From the NCBI RefSeq assembly GCF_006345805.1, contig NC_043000.1:75330001-75394000 (forward strand): DNA of 64,000 bases. Reading direction: 5' to 3'. Position 1 is the first letter of the stretch, and every line of letters begins with the position of its first letter. This DNA comes from Octopus sinensis (lineage: Eukaryota). Shown in pieces: positions 46,279 through 60,099 of the stretch. Below the pieces are notes generated by a model that worked only from the letters and a program-made list of their open reading frames with translations, was not told the DNA's origin and did no database searches. Made by a program: the position numbers and the translations under genes.

Positions 46279-49200
46279 ATGGCGACCCCCGTCGCCGTAC
46301 AGATGAATCTACATCCAACGATGAATTGGGACTCCGGTGATATCGTAGAAGCGTTTAAGAAATTCAAACAGAAAACTCAACTAGTTTTCAAAAGAATAAA
46401 CATTGACTTAAGGCTGAAGATAGACACTGGAGCCCAGAGTGATATCTTGCCTGTCAACCTTTACAAGATGTTCCCAGAACACATGACACAAGAGGATAAA
46501 ATCAAAGAAGGAATCCTCACACCAAGTGACGTAATCCTCACTACGTACGGAGGTACCAGGATTCCACAACTGGGTAAAATAACAAAAGTCCCTCTAGAAC
46601 TAAAAGAGAAGCTGAAGACAGAGTTGGACAAAATGGAAAAAAAAGAAATAATCACCAAAGTGACACGACCAACAGACTGGGTAAATTCAATTGTAATCAA
46701 GGATAAACCCAATGGTACCCTACCGATATGCCTCGACCCAAGGGACCTGAACAAGGCATTAAAAAGAGAGTACCATCCAATTCCAATCCTTGAAGAAATC
46801 ACACCATCATTGACTGGGTCCAAATTATTCAGCAAACTGGATGCCAGTAATGGGTACTGGAATGCAAAGATAGACGGCGAAAAAGGTCTAGACCTATTCA
46901 ACAGCTGGGACATGTCAGAATCGGATTGCAATAACCCAGACACACTTCTAGAGAAATTTGAAAGGCACCTAGAGCCCAGGTCAAACCATAGAATTCACAG
47001 ATACGAATTCCAGGGCCTGAAACAAGACCCACAAAAAACGATTGACAGTTTCCTGTCCAGACTAAAGAATGTTGCCGAAAATTGCAAATTCAAAGATAAG
47101 GACGAAAGAATTGTTGACCAATTAATATGGTGGTGTGCTCATAAAGAAGTTCAGAAATCCCTCATAGGTAAGGACGCTCTCCAGTTGATAGAAGCAGTAG
47201 ACACTGCAAGAGCATTCAAAGCCACTACCAAACAAATGGCCTCACTTACCTTACAAACAAGCTCACTAGGCAGCAGTGTAGATATTGTATCTAGCACAGG
47301 ACGAAACATACCTGCAAACAAAGAACATGCCAGTACTGTGGTACAGAGCATGAGTTCAATGACTGAATGAAATGTCCTGCATTCGGTACACACTGCAAAG
47401 CATGTGGAAAACTTAACCACTGGAAAAAAATGTGTAGGTTGACAAAATCCCAAAAATACAAGCCCCAATTTTCAAAGAGGAGCAGAAATAGAAGAAGAGA
47501 TATACATGCACAACAACAGGAACAAAACACCTCAGAGGAGGAATTCTTGGCAGTCGGCACAATAAATGTGCATGAGATGGGAAAGGACGACCAGAAAAAA
47601 AATGAGGCATACACAACAATAAGAATTCAAAAGAAGGCTGGCAAGAAAAGAATAAACATTGACTTAAGGCTGAAGATAGACACTGGAGCCCAGAGTGATA
47701 TCTTGCCTGTCAACCTTTACAAGATGTTCCCAGAACACATGACACAAGAGGATAAAATCAAAGAAGGAATCCTCACACCAAGTGATGTAATCCTCACTGC
47801 GTACGGAGGTACCAGGATTCCACAACTGGGTAAAACAACAATTACAGGGACACACAAAGGAAAAATAATCAAGTGTTCTTTTTATGTCACAAGAACAGAA
47901 GGCCCAGCAATTCTTGGACTCGATACCTGCAAAAAGCTAAATATTGTGTCAATCAATGGTGAAGTGAAGGCAACTCCGAGCAGGATTGACAGAGATACGC
48001 CTATCAAAGACCGACCACCAATCACAAACAAAGAGGAATTGATAAGCATGTACCCTGAATGCTTTGACGATACAGTCGGGTGCTTTGTAAAATGTCGATA
48101 CCATATAACAGTCGACCCCAATATCAAACCAATTGTTCACCCACCTCGCCGCGTCCCTCTAGAACTAAAAGAGAAGCTGAAGACAGAGTTGGACAAAATG
48201 GAAAAAAAAGAAATAATCACCAAAGTGACACGACCAACAGACTGGGTAAATTCAATTGTAATCAAGGATAAACCCAATGGTACCCTACCGATATGCCTCG
48301 ACCCAAGGGACCTGAACAAGGCATTAAAAAGAGAGTACCATCCAATTCCAACCCTTGAAGAAATCACACCATCATTGACTGGGTCCAAATTATTCAGCAA
48401 ACTGGATGCCAGTAATGGGTACTGGAATGTAAAGATAGACGAAGAGTCATCCATGCTCACTACCTTCAACACACCATTTGGCAGATATCGATTCAACCGA
48501 CTCCCATTTGGATTGAAGGTGAGCCAAGATGTCTTCCAGCGCCAAATAGATGAGACCTACCAAGGGAGCAATAGGAATAGCAGATGACATCCAAGTGCAT
48601 GGCAAGGATGAGACCACACATGACTTCAATTTACATGAAGCTATGGAGAAAACCCGACAAGCAGGCATCAAACTCAATACAAACAAGTGTGTGGTAAAAG
48701 CGAAGGAGTGCAAATTCTTTGGAATTATATACTCTGCAGAGGGAGTTAAACCAGACCCTGCTAAAGTGGAAGCCATCAGAGACATTAAAGAACCTAAAGA
48801 CATGAAGGAACTCAGGAGCTTCCTGGGACTCATCCACTACATGGGAGCCTTCATACCCAAGCTGGCCGATCACACTGCAAATCTCTGAGAACTAAACAGA
48901 GATGACGTAGAGTTTGATTGGTGTGCTTCACACACACAGGATTTCGAAGCAATCAAAAAGCTCATCAGTAAGGAGACAACTCTGCAATACTATGACAGAC
49001 GCAAACCAGTAACACTCCAAGTCGATGCTTCTATGAGAGGAGTTGGCGCAGCACTGATACAGGAAGGTAAACCCATTGCATATGCCTCGAAAGCTCTCTC
49101 ACCCACAGAGACAAGGTACGCAAATATTGAAAGGGAACTCCTGGCAATAGTATATGGATGTGAAAAGTTCCATACATACCTGTATGGCAGACATTTCAAC

Positions 49201-50798
49201 ATTGAAACAGACCATCGCCCGCTAGAACAAATACATAGAAAAAACCTCATGAAAGCACCAGCCAGACTGCAAAGATTACTGTTAAGGCTTCAAACATACG
49301 ACTACGATATCAGGTACAAGCCAGGAAAAGACCTGATATTGGCGGGTGCTCTGTCCAGACTATCATCATATGATAAACAGGAGATGGAAGGACTAAGCAT
49401 AAAGGTCCACCACATTGTGAATGTAACAACCACAAAGCTAGCAGAAATCAAAGAGGAGACCAGCAAAGATGAAGAACTCCAGCTCCTTACTCAGATGGTG
49501 ATTCAGGGGTGGCCAGAAAAGAGACATCAGGTGCAGCCCCTAATTCATGAATATTGGGCCATCCATGATGATATATCAGTGGAGAATGGAATACTGATGG
49601 CTGGATCCCGAATAATTATACCCAAGTCAATGCAAAAAGAGATTCTTGACAAGATTCACCAAGGGCATCTAGGAATGGAGAAATGCAAGCTCCGAGCCAA
49701 GTCAGCAGTATATTGGGTAGGCATGTACAAAGACATAGAAAAGACGGTTTCTACATGCCACATCTGTCAGAAGTACAGAAACTCACAACAAAAGGAGGAA
49801 ATGATATCTAGTGACATCCCAAGAAGGCCATGGCAAACTATTGGAGCAGATCTGTTCACAGAGGGCCAAGAATGGTATTTGATTATGGTCTGCTACTACT
49901 CCAAATTTCCATTTGTGAGAAAAGTGAAGGACCTGAGAGCCAAAACAATCACTACAGTGGCTCGAGGACTTCTAGCAGAGCAAGGAATACCAGAGCAGAT
50001 CATATGTGACAATGGAACCCAGTTCACATCGCAGGAATTCAAAAAGCTAGCCAATGAGTATGGGTTCAATATTACAACCTCATCTCCACTCTACCCCAAA
50101 GGTTTATAGAAAGACAGGTGCAGACAGTGAAGAGAACACTAGTCAAATGCCGAGAGACTAAGGAAGACCCACACCTGGCACTTCTGTCCCTACGAGCGAC
50201 ACCACTGAGAGCTGATATGAAATCCCCAGCAGAATTGCTGAATGGTAGGAAGTACAAAACTACCCTGCCAAGTAAGATCCAACCTCCTATTGACCAGGAA
50301 GAGACAAGGGCAAAGTTAGCAGCCACTCAAGAACAATCACAGAAATATTACAACAAACATGCACAATACTTACCTGAGATACTTGGAGGACAACATGTGC
50401 ATACTCAAGACCCCATAACTAAAACATGGATTCCAGCACAGGTTGTCAGTAGAGCTGAAACCCCAAGATCGTATATAATAAAAACGGAATCTGGTAGGCA
50501 GCTGAGACGCAACAGGGCCCACATCCGCCCAACACCAAAGCTGTTGAGGACAACGTGTACAACACCTGCTGCATCAGTGACAACACCCATAGAATCAGCA
50601 CCCCAACGGGCACCAACCACCCATCAGCAGACAACGTGTACAACACCTACTGCATCGGTGACAACACCCACAGAATCAGCATCCCAATGGGCTCCAACCA
50701 CCCATCAGCAGCCCAACAACACACCTCAGACACCGGTGCGAAGCACAAGATCCACCAGATGGAGAAAGAACATCCTGCCACCGGTTCGATACCGTTAA
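46279..50798 (+). pseudogene. gag-pol (CCHC knuckles, protease DTG, RT IADD, RNase H DAS, integrase HHCC and catalytic core), disrupted
   Basis: Frameshifts near 47310, 48565 and 50100; TGA stops at 47368 and 48886; rearranged 5' part. Confidence 0.95.
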
Positions 50799-51139
50799 AG
50801 AAAAAAAATATACATGAACTTTCAAAAACTGCTATGATTAATTTAATTATACTCAATTTGGTTTTCATTTCCTTATTAATTTTTTTAGGCAATTGAACTG
50901 ATGGCATATTTTGAAAAAAAAAATGTAAATATTTTCTCTTTTTTATACATGATAAAGTTTTTTCAAAAAAAAAAAGAAAAGAAAAGATGAGTAAATAATT
51001 CTGCTAGATTACAAAGTAGAGGCAAAATAATCTCACGGTTTCTGCTGCAGGATTGCCACCTCGCACTGACAATCCATTAGAGTAAGGGAGACTACTATAA
51101 TTGTCTTCACTGCCAAAAGATCCCTTTTTTCTTTATGAA

Positions 51140-51388
51140 TGTTACACATTCATATCTATGTGTATACGTGTGTAGAATACATCCCCACTTTGGCGCTATT
51201 TGTTAGTGAACAGTACGAACTGTGTTTTAAAGTAAACAGTATTACTACGCCGTGTCTAACGATATATAGGTGTTGCTGCGCTGAAAGTAGCGCAGTTCGT
51301 CTAACACGGAAAAGTAAATAACACGTAAAAGAATAACTATGCTTCGTATAAAGTTGTCTATCCCACCAGACTGAAACTACACATAACA
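51140..51388 (+). repeat. 3' LTR
   Basis: Matches 45905-46153. Confidence 0.97.
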
Positions 51389-51460
51389 GTGTGGTATTAT
51401 CCATATAATATAAAATGGGGTGATTACACTCAAAATAAGCAACAAGGATATTCAGAGGTA

Positions 51461-51549
51461 ATGCAGTATGATCGTTTCATGCAACTCCATTTAATTGAAC
51501 AATGTAAATATTACATCAGTTTTAAAATCTAGACCACCTTCAGCTGCAT
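51461..51549 (-). ncRNA. Degenerate hammerhead
   Basis: AUGCAG-CUGAAGG-long stem II-GAA-ACGAUCAU-A-CUGCAU; 6-bp stem I, A9G change. Confidence 0.55.
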
Positions 51550-53295
51550 AAAAATATAGAATTTAGTTAAATTCAAAGGATTCATTTGTATAGTTATTCT
51601 ATTAACCCAAATCATAAAGAGGATAAGTAGATAGGCAAAGGACATGTTTCATCAACAACATCATAGTTGTAGCTGATGTTTTTTTCACAGGAAGACACTG
51701 CTTATTGATTTTACTTTATTTAGATTTACTACTGGGGTGGGGGGTTCTAATTTTATAGACTAGTTTATCAAGTCTAATGGAAACTAGAATCTATCTTTTA
51801 TGGATAGAGTAAAAAAGACAGTTTAAGAAAAAGGAAGAGAAACATAAAAACTAGCGAGAGAAAGACAAAGAAAGAAAAAGGGAAAAAAAGAAAAGGACTG
51901 TATTGTTTAAGGATGCTAGCAAAGTATCAAGTAGGAAGAGAAAAGATACTTTGCATAAGAAAAGAAAAGAAAGAGAGATAGATCAGGAAATATGTGTAAC
52001 AAAAGTACACATAGAATAAAGTTACATATATATGTATGTAAGTATAGTACATGGAAGAATGTGAGCATGAAAAGTCATATTCTTAAGATTATAAACCTGG
52101 AAAAGTACAGGACAAGTTATTACACCTGTAAAAGTATAGGACAAGCTATTACTTCCAGTAAAGTAAAGAATAAGGAACTTTTTACTCAAAATATTGCAAT
52201 AAAGAATGCCAATTCTTCTAATTTATCACTCTTTGCAGTTCTCATCTTTTAAATTTATTGTACAAAATTGTTCAGCTTATTTGTAAGTTTGTCTAATTAG
52301 TCAATTTTTTCTGTATTTAAGGTAGTAAATTAGCCAAATTCTACTTAAATAAGTATAGTGTTATTTGCAAACGTATCATCAAAGACATTCCAGCCTTCAG
52401 CAAATCATTTTTTAGGGATAATCTAGGACATTACATACAACGGTCATGCGATTTAGTTAGGGGGATACTTTGGTTGCTATTTTTAGCGTGTTGAGCAACC
52501 AGGTAGAGGCTCTTTCATTGGTTTGATTGTGTGATGAGATTTTTTTACACATATATGTAATATGTATATATATCATCAGCAGAAGTTAGAGAGTAAGTTA
52601 AAAGCTGAGAGTTTCATGTATTGGCACTTATCAAACACGAATTTGTCCATTGTCAATCTGTAACTTCTGACAAAATAACTTCTAAAATACAAAATTTTGT
52701 CATAAACGTTACGAGTAAACCCTGTTCTATGTGACACATTCTACCAGTATCAGTAGTTTGAAAGTGTTTAGTTAAAAGAAATTAATTAAATAATCTGTAT
52801 GTCTAATTCAATAGATCCGAAATGGATGAAAGGCAAATTCGACCTCGGCAGAATTTGAACTCAGAACGTAAAGACAGATGAAATACAGCTTCTAAAATAC
52901 AAAATTTTGTCTAAAACATTAAGAATAAACCCTGTTCTATGTGACATATTCTACCAGTATTGGAAGTTTGAAAATACATATGCATGCCTACAATACACAT
53001 ATCCACATAAAAACACATCTAGATCCCAACGTATATATACAAACAACTTTTTAAAAAAATTGCTCAGTGTGTATAATAATAAAAATCAGATAAATTTAAC
53101 AATTCAATAGGTTTGTAAAATACAATAAAATAATAAAAGCTTAAACTTGAAAATAATATGTATAACAGTTGAAGGCTTTCTTAAAGTATACATCAAAATA
53201 CATTCAATATCATTGCGATGTGAAACAACCATACACTACAAAATACAAATTCAACAGTGGCATTGGAAACCAGTTCAAGATTCAAAAAATATATA

Positions 53296-53900
53296 CTATC
53301 CATATGATATTTTGTCGGCTGATATTTTAAATTTTGTTGCGTGCCTGCAGGAATTTAAGAGTTCATGTCCTTGATTCAAAGCACTATTGTCCTGGAATAA
53401 AATAAAAAAGTTTTCCAAAAGGCACAAATAACATTTGATGGGTCTTTTATGAGCACCATGTCTGTAAGCTAATGCTTTATCTAAGATTTTCCATTGAAAG
53501 GATGGTTTTCATTTTCTTTCAATTCCCAGACATGTTTTGCCAGACTGGTGTTTGTCCTATTTTCAGGGTACCGGAAGGAATTTCTATGGGAAAAAAATTA
53601 GGTCTTGAAACAATTTTCTGAAGCCCCTGTGTATGTTTTATATTTTTGTGAGCCTTCTATTTGTACTTTGGCCCTATACACAGTCCTTTTCTCCAGACAG
53701 GAGGTCTCGTCTTTGCAATTACAATTCTTTGGATTAGAATCGGCACTGTGGTTATTTGTAATTATTTTAGTGTTGTGTTGGCTAATGAAAGAGGCGAAGT
53801 TTTTACAACAAGAATAGCTAATCTTCAGTGTTCTTCTATTAAATATTCTGTAAAACTTATTGTTAGGTTGAAAATGTTTGGAGATTAACAGTAATACCAC
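53296..53900 (-). pseudogene. Penelope-like linker + GIY-YIG, disrupted
   Basis: KHFQPNNKFYRIFNRRTLKISYSC..CNCK..TVY..YTGASE..SLAKHVWELK..CYLCLLE..LNQ..SCRH. Confidence 0.85.
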
Positions 53901-53959
53901 ACGTAGAACTAGAACTAGGAGGGTTTTGTGGTTCAACCCAGCTTTTAATATGTCCATAA

Positions 53960-54860
53960 AAACTAATATAGGTAGGGAATTCTTTACTGGCAAAAAGTCT
54001 TTGAGATGAATTTTTACATCCTCTTCAGAGTTAAGGGTTATTCATTTAATGAATTTTGAAAAGTCAGACACAGGTGTAAATCCGAAGGTGCAAAGTTGGG
54101 CAAGTATGGAGATTGTGACAAAAACATTCCAGCCAAAGCCCCAGTAACTTCTACTATATTTGTAAAGAAGTGTGCAGTCTCACAATATTGTAATGGAAGA
54201 TGATGCCCTTATGATTAGCAAGTGCTGAACACTTCTGGTAGACCACTGCATTTAATCATCCAGCTGATCACTACACATCTGAACTCATGGTCCTCTCCAT
54301 GAGAAGTTCTTAAATCCCACGAAAGCATATCCTTCTTTGGGTAGAGTTCTGCTTTGGAGGTTGTTTGTAGTGGTTTACTGCACTCCCCCTCTGATTGTTT
54401 GCACTTCTCATTGTTATAGATGTTCCATTTTTGTCTCCTGTTATCATTTCTTCAAAAATGGTTTTCTTCATGTCTCTGCAATGAATTACATTGAGTAAAG
54501 TTAACCTCATTCAGTTGATGTGGGATCTAAACATCGAGCTTGCTGATGTAACCAAGTTGATGCAGATGATTTTCAATATTTGATTTGGATATTTGGAGGA
54601 TATCTGTGATCATCCTAGTTGTATAACAGGAGTTGGTGTTGACTAACTCCATTTTGTTGCTGTTAATCTCAGCTGGCCAGCCACAGCAAGGTGCATCTTG
54701 AACTGAAAAATATCTTGATTGAAATTTTATAAACCACTGCTGCACACATTCTGTAACAGCATCCTTTCTTGTACATAGCATGTATCTTCCTGCAGGTTTC
54801 CACTGCTTTCTTGCGTTTTTCAAAATAGAGAAATATGAGGTCAATAATTTTCATTTTGGT
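53960..54860 (-). pseudogene. Degenerate mariner transposase
   Basis: HTH N-terminus, IENHLHQLG..KLDV, ITGD, PYLPNFAPSDLHL-like motif, QNSLN..SEEDVK. Confidence 0.85.
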
Positions 54861-55109
54861 TCTTTGTTTTCAGGGTGATCCCAAGCACACAAAATACAAC
54901 CTGCCTTGTTGCAAGTTCACGTTGAACTGTGCTGAAGTGTCAAGTACCTAATGAATACACATGTGCAAGGGACAGACTGAACTTAGCTATTTATTAGAAT
55001 GCTTGAAGTTTAGTGTTGACAAAAACCAAATGGACTCTTCAACTAACCAATGTATTTGTATGCATATTTATAGTTGTGTGTATGTGCATTTATGTACATT
55101 TACACATCA

Positions 55110-56215
55110 AACCAATAGTAGTAGGGAACTGTACCAGATAGCCAGAAGGGACGCTGGGCGACAGGTATGCATAGCCAAGGGAGAAGCAGAAAAGAAGAAG
55201 TTTGCCAATGTCAGCGACGTGAGGACCAAAGAACTGAAGTATTTCAGATTGCAAGACAGTGTGTGAGAGAAAATTGTGATGTCACGGGACAGAAATGTAT
55301 CTGCATGGATGATGGTGCACTTGCTTTTAATGATTTGGAGAAGCCATTATGAAAGACTATTGAATGTGGAGAATGAATGGGAGGAGGAGAGCCTGCCAAA
55401 TATCGACCCAGTAGAGGTATGAGCTATCCAAATAGATGGCACCCTGGTAGATAAAGCAATTAAAGGTATGAAGCCACGAAAAGCCCCCCGGCCCATCAGG
55501 AATCACTGCTGAGATGCTTAAAACATCTAGTGGTGTGGGCTATGGCCTAGTCACCCACATACTAGTTCATGATGGAGTCATACTCAATGACTATCATAGC
55601 AGCACCATAGGGTAAAGGTGATGCTTTACATAGAAATAACTACAGAGTTATCAAACCATTGGATCAGGTGATGAAGGTCACGGAGAGGGTCATAGTCCAT
55701 CTCATTAGGAAGAGAGTCTGCTTAGATGAGATGCAGTTCGGTTTTGTGCCAGGTAGAAGCACAATTCCTGGTGCGGTAACTGCAGGAGAAATACCTAGCC
55801 AAAGATAACGTCCTATACTTGGCTTTTGTGGACTTGGAGAAAGCCTTTAACAGGGTCCCCCGATCTCTTATCTGGTGGGTGATGCAGAAACTGGGGATTG
55901 ACAAATGGTTAATAAGGGCTGTACAGGCCCTATACAGAGATGCTGTTAGTAAGGTTAGGGTTGGCAATGAGTATAGTGAAGAATTCCTGGTAGAAGTAGG
56001 GGTTCACCAAGGATCAGCCCTCAGTCCCCTTTTATTCATCATAGTCCTCCAGGCAATAACAGAGGAATTCAAGATAGGTTGCCTCTGGGAGCTCCTCTAT
56101 GCTGATGACCTGGCCTCATAGCAGAATCACTACTGGAACTAGAGAAGAAATTTCAGGTGTGGAAGCAAGGATTAGAATCGAAGGGCCTTAGAGTCAATGT
56201 AGCAAAGACCAAAGC
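55110..56215 (+). mobile_element. RTE LINE copy 5 (internal fragment)
   Basis: FVDLEKAFNRVP, GVHQGSALSP, LLYADDL. Confidence 0.9.
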
Positions 56216-56410
56216 ATGTGAGCATTCATTGGAATATGTACTGATATCAATATACTCTATTAAATGTGTGTGTGCTTACTTTTATGTACACATATATATA
56301 TATATGTTTGTAGGTTTCTATATATATTTCTTTCCCTTGTCCTTATTGCTTTTTCTCTGTCTTGTTTGTATTTAAATCAGTTATGGTTTCTTGATTAACA
56401 TTTTCTCCAG

Positions 56411-56419
56411 ATGATTTCG
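56411..56419 (+). CDS. Candidate 9-nt microexon (phase 1-1)
   Basis: ttaacattttctccAG|ATGATTTCG|GTAAAC; in frame between exons 18015 and 56948. Confidence 0.45.
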
Positions 56420-56947
56420 GTAAACATCACTTTTAAATTAATTTAAATTATATATCTTAATTAATTATATAAGTAATAGCATTTATTTACTAATGAACGA
56501 GCTGTTGAATTATGAACTATATTTAAAATGTATGCTTTACAGTTATTTTATTCTAAAAATGTGCTTTAAAATGGTATCAATTTAACACACACACATTGTC
56601 AGGCTTCTGTTCAGTTTCCATCTACCAAATTTCATTCATGAAACATTGGTCAACCTGAAGCTAAAGTAGAAAGACTCACCTAAGATGTTGTGTGATTGTG
56701 AAGCAGATTTCCTAATCACATAGCCATACCTATATGTGAGGGAGCAGGAGAGAGAAAGTTCATTCATATTGGACACATTGGTTCTAAATGTTGAAGACTT
56801 ACTTATAAAGTGATGTATATAGTGTAGCTTTCTCCACTCTTGCACCTATAGTTAATGTATCCAATCATGGAAAATTATAGTCTACTCTGTTAAAGTTGTT
56901 CTACTCATAGTGGTTTATTAAGTTATTTTATACTGTTATTTTGGCAG

Positions 56948-56990
56948 ATAACCAATTGGCTGCAACTTGTAGGGACCAGTCTTTTGACAG
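56948..56990 (+). CDS. Host exon (DNQLAATCRDQSFD)
   Basis: Acceptor ttattttggcAG, donor AG|GTAAGT; phase fits both neighbours. Confidence 0.65.
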
Positions 56991-58399
56991 GTAAGTCAAC
57001 TTTATTTCGGTATATTATGGAAACTTCTGAACAATACTTCTAATAGTGGTGGTGGTAAAAGTAGAGCCAGTACAGGTAGTTGTTTTAGTTCAATCCTGAT
57101 CAAAGCAGTGAACACCCTGTTTTTTTTTTTTTCTGTTTTTTCCAGCATCTAGTACTCTTCATTTTATGCTAGCATAAGTAAAATAGGTTGTAATGGTCTG
57201 AAACAAGTCAGAGACTATGCCTTGTATATTTTCTTTTGGCATAGTTTCCTTATAGCAACCACTTCGCTAACAGTGGCATATGGTGGTGGTTGTATTGGGT
57301 GTGCTGCTACACCCAGAGCTACCAAATTTCAAGCAGGGATATAACAAAAGTTTTCCATTAACATTTGTGATAGAAAATTATGAGTAAGGTTTATATTTAT
57401 AATGAATTTGGCATTTTCAATGGGTGCACAGCTAGCACACTTGGAATATGCGCCCCCTGTTCATTGAGTGTATTTTTTGCAGTTTATCATGGCACCAGTA
57501 CTAGAGAAGTTGCTGTGTTTTAAAGGAGAAATGGGTGAATCAGTGATAGGAGTGATGAAGAGGTACAGTAACAGCAGTGAGACAATGGTGACAAGATGTA
57601 CTGAGTGACTGTAATTGTAGAAGGTGGTGTGAGAGAAAACAGATGATGGCTAGTAGTGGTAAGAGTGTAATAGATGTCAGAAATAAGCGACCTGAAGATG
57701 AGAAAATAGCTGTTAGCAGTATAGAAGTGTAAAGAGAGTAAGGAATATCAATAAAGGGGTGACCTAAGGGAAAGGGATTGTTAGTGAACATCATATTTGT
57801 TAGTGGGAGAAATCTGATGTAACTCACATTACTCAGGTATCATATGGTAAAAGAGAGACACTAAAGCAGCTACATGTCTGCTGGTGTGTGTGTGTGAGAG
57901 AGATAGAGAGAGAGGGAGATCATGTGATAGACGCCAATAAACAGTGACCAAGAGACATGGGAGAGGCATTTAACAGCACAGAAGAGTAATGTTAGGTAGA
58001 GAGGATGGACGTCAGTAAAGGTAGAGGGTGTGTTGAGAAACAGTACATGGAGTAAGAGGAGTATATCAAGTATCAAAAGATCCACTGCAATCCCTTCTAA
58101 CACAAGCATTGTGATTTGGAAGGAGGGTCATATCAAGAAACTGGTTGTAGAGGGAAGGGATTGGGTATGAACAGATCCAATGTTTTCTTTCATCTCACAG
58201 GTGGCAATGTACATTGAATAGGAGAAAATCTGATAGAGAGTTTAAAGAATATAGATATTGACAAGGGTGTTAGCATCTGGTAACTTAGATACAAATAATT
58301 AGAAGGCCTAACTGTAGACATATATCCCAGCTTTTCTCACTGCACCTCTTCTCTGTTTTAATGTATGTTTTTCCAAGCCAGTATAGCTGGTCTTCTCCA

Positions 58400-58800
58400 G
58401 CACTATTTATAACTAATCACTATGGTCCTTCGTTATTTCTTTCTGAGATGCAACAATTTCAGATGAGTCTTCACCATTTTTGCCAAGTCCTCCTGGGTCT
58501 CCCACTTCCACAAGTGCTTTTACTTGAGTACTCAGCACTTCTTTATACAGCTATCAACCTCCATACACAGCCCATGCACAAACCTGCACTGTCTTCTCTC
58601 TTGAACACTGTCTGGTTCCTGTTATGTCCAATATTTCTCTCAGCTCATTTTGTATCTTATTTGTGCCTATTTCCAGCAAAGCATTCTTACTTCATTTCTT
58701 TCACAAATCTTTGGCACCCTAGACTCTCATTTTGCATACAAGCATCATACAATCCCCCCTTCATTCTGAAAAGACAAGCATTGTGGTGCCATCAGAAATA
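58400..58800 (-). pseudogene. Very old RTE remnant
   Basis: Minus strand gcacttgtggaagtgggagacccaggaggacttgg resembles the RTE GTCGRGRPRKTW region. Confidence 0.4.
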
Positions 58801-59186
58801 ATATCTTCTTGAATTTTTGCCAACTTGTCCTTACTCTGACTTTCAGAACACCTCCCACCACTGCTAATTGAATCATCTAGGTAGCAAAAGCTTTGATGTT
58901 TTGGGCGTTGTCTAGGTATTTGAAATAATCTATTTCCCACAAGCTCTTAGCGCTTGTTGGCCTTCCTTATATGTCTGCTGCATATAATGTCTACCTTCTC
59001 AGTTATCTTGCCTGTAATACTACTTCACTTCTTGAGGGAGATTTGATTTCTATTTCTAGTAGGTTTAGTAACCTTGTAGAGGTTCCCTGTTGGCTTGTAC
59101 AAAAGTGTTGGTTTAGAATCATTTTATGTTAACTACCTCGCTAAATTTGAAATTTTGTTCATTCTTTTTTCTATTGTCTTCTTCAG

Positions 59187-59271
59187 TTCTTCTACTAAGC
59201 AGGGCCTTGAAGATGAAAAACGTAATTGTTTAAAGTTGAAATCCTTACAGAGGAAGGTTGTCAGTTCACAG
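59187..59271 (+). CDS. Host exon (SSTKQGLEDEKRNCLKLKSLQRKVVSSQ)
   Basis: Long polypyrimidine acceptor, donor CAG|GTAACT, in frame with exon 56948. Confidence 0.7.
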
Positions 59272-60099
59272 GTAACTTCTTTTCTTCTATTTGTAATAAT
59301 GATATGCTAATGTTCTGATTTGACCTTTGTAATTGGTCTTTATTAGTCATTACCACAAATGAGTGTTACCCCAACTGAAAGTGAAGATGTGGTAGCTTAA
59401 AGGGGACATATTAATGAAAGCATTGTATTGAGTTTATTAATAGCTGTTTGTTTAAAGCCAGGTCAGTCCTGATCAAGACATTCCAGCTGTCATTGTCCAT
59501 CTTTTATTCAGACAGTATATCTAAAACTACACTATCCATTGTCTCCTTCCTTTTTTTTTTTTTTCAGTAGGGTATGATTTGAAAGTGATTTTCCCACTAT
59601 TTGTAGCAAGTCAATTGACAGTGTAGAAGCTCCCACATAGCCCCCTGCATTATATTGTTCCAAAGCATTGTATGAACCATTTTGTCTGTATAATAATGAG
59701 TCAGGAGAACCCATGTAATGTATATAGCCAAAGAGTTATCATTCAAAAGTATTTTAGAATCCTTCCTGTGTGTTTTACAATAAGATCAATCATCTTATTA
59801 CCAATGTAACTGATTCCTTCCTATTCACTCAATGAATAGAATTTTACACATTTTTAACTCAAAAATTGTGATTTCAATTCTTGTCACTGACAGAATATTG
59901 TTATCCCAGAGTCAATCAATTTGTATATCATTTTGTAGTCTATGTGGTTGTGATTTGGGGAGTTGTATCATGATGTAAAATACAGTTGATCCAGTAATGT
60001 GTGCAATTTAAATTAAAAAAAAAAAACTGTCTAACTTATATTTAAGATCACAGTTGGTTGAAATAGGAGTTAGACTGCTAGGCACTTCATTGTAATAGA

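Larger units (their letters stand above)
45905..51388 (+). mobile_element. Full-length Gypsy LTR retrotransposon (probably Mag-like)
   Basis: 249-bp LTRs with TGTTA..TAACA termini and 5 mismatches; 5-bp TSD GTGTG (45900-45904, 51389-51393). Confidence 0.97.

Noticed and set aside
52585-52630. UUGAUAA..GAAA variant hammerhead on the minus strand
   Set aside because: No stem I and no palindromic helix III.
54000-54035. CUGAAGA-GGAUG..CAUCU on the minus strand
   Set aside because: Lies in mariner coding sequence (SEEDVK) and has no GAAA.
54874-54950. Candidate host exon after a strong acceptor
   Set aside because: No good donor before stop codons; abuts the mariner 5' region.
57480-58330. Ancient CR1/L2-like RT C-terminus on the minus strand
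   Set aside because: Only faint motif resemblance by eye; too weak to annotate without an HMM.
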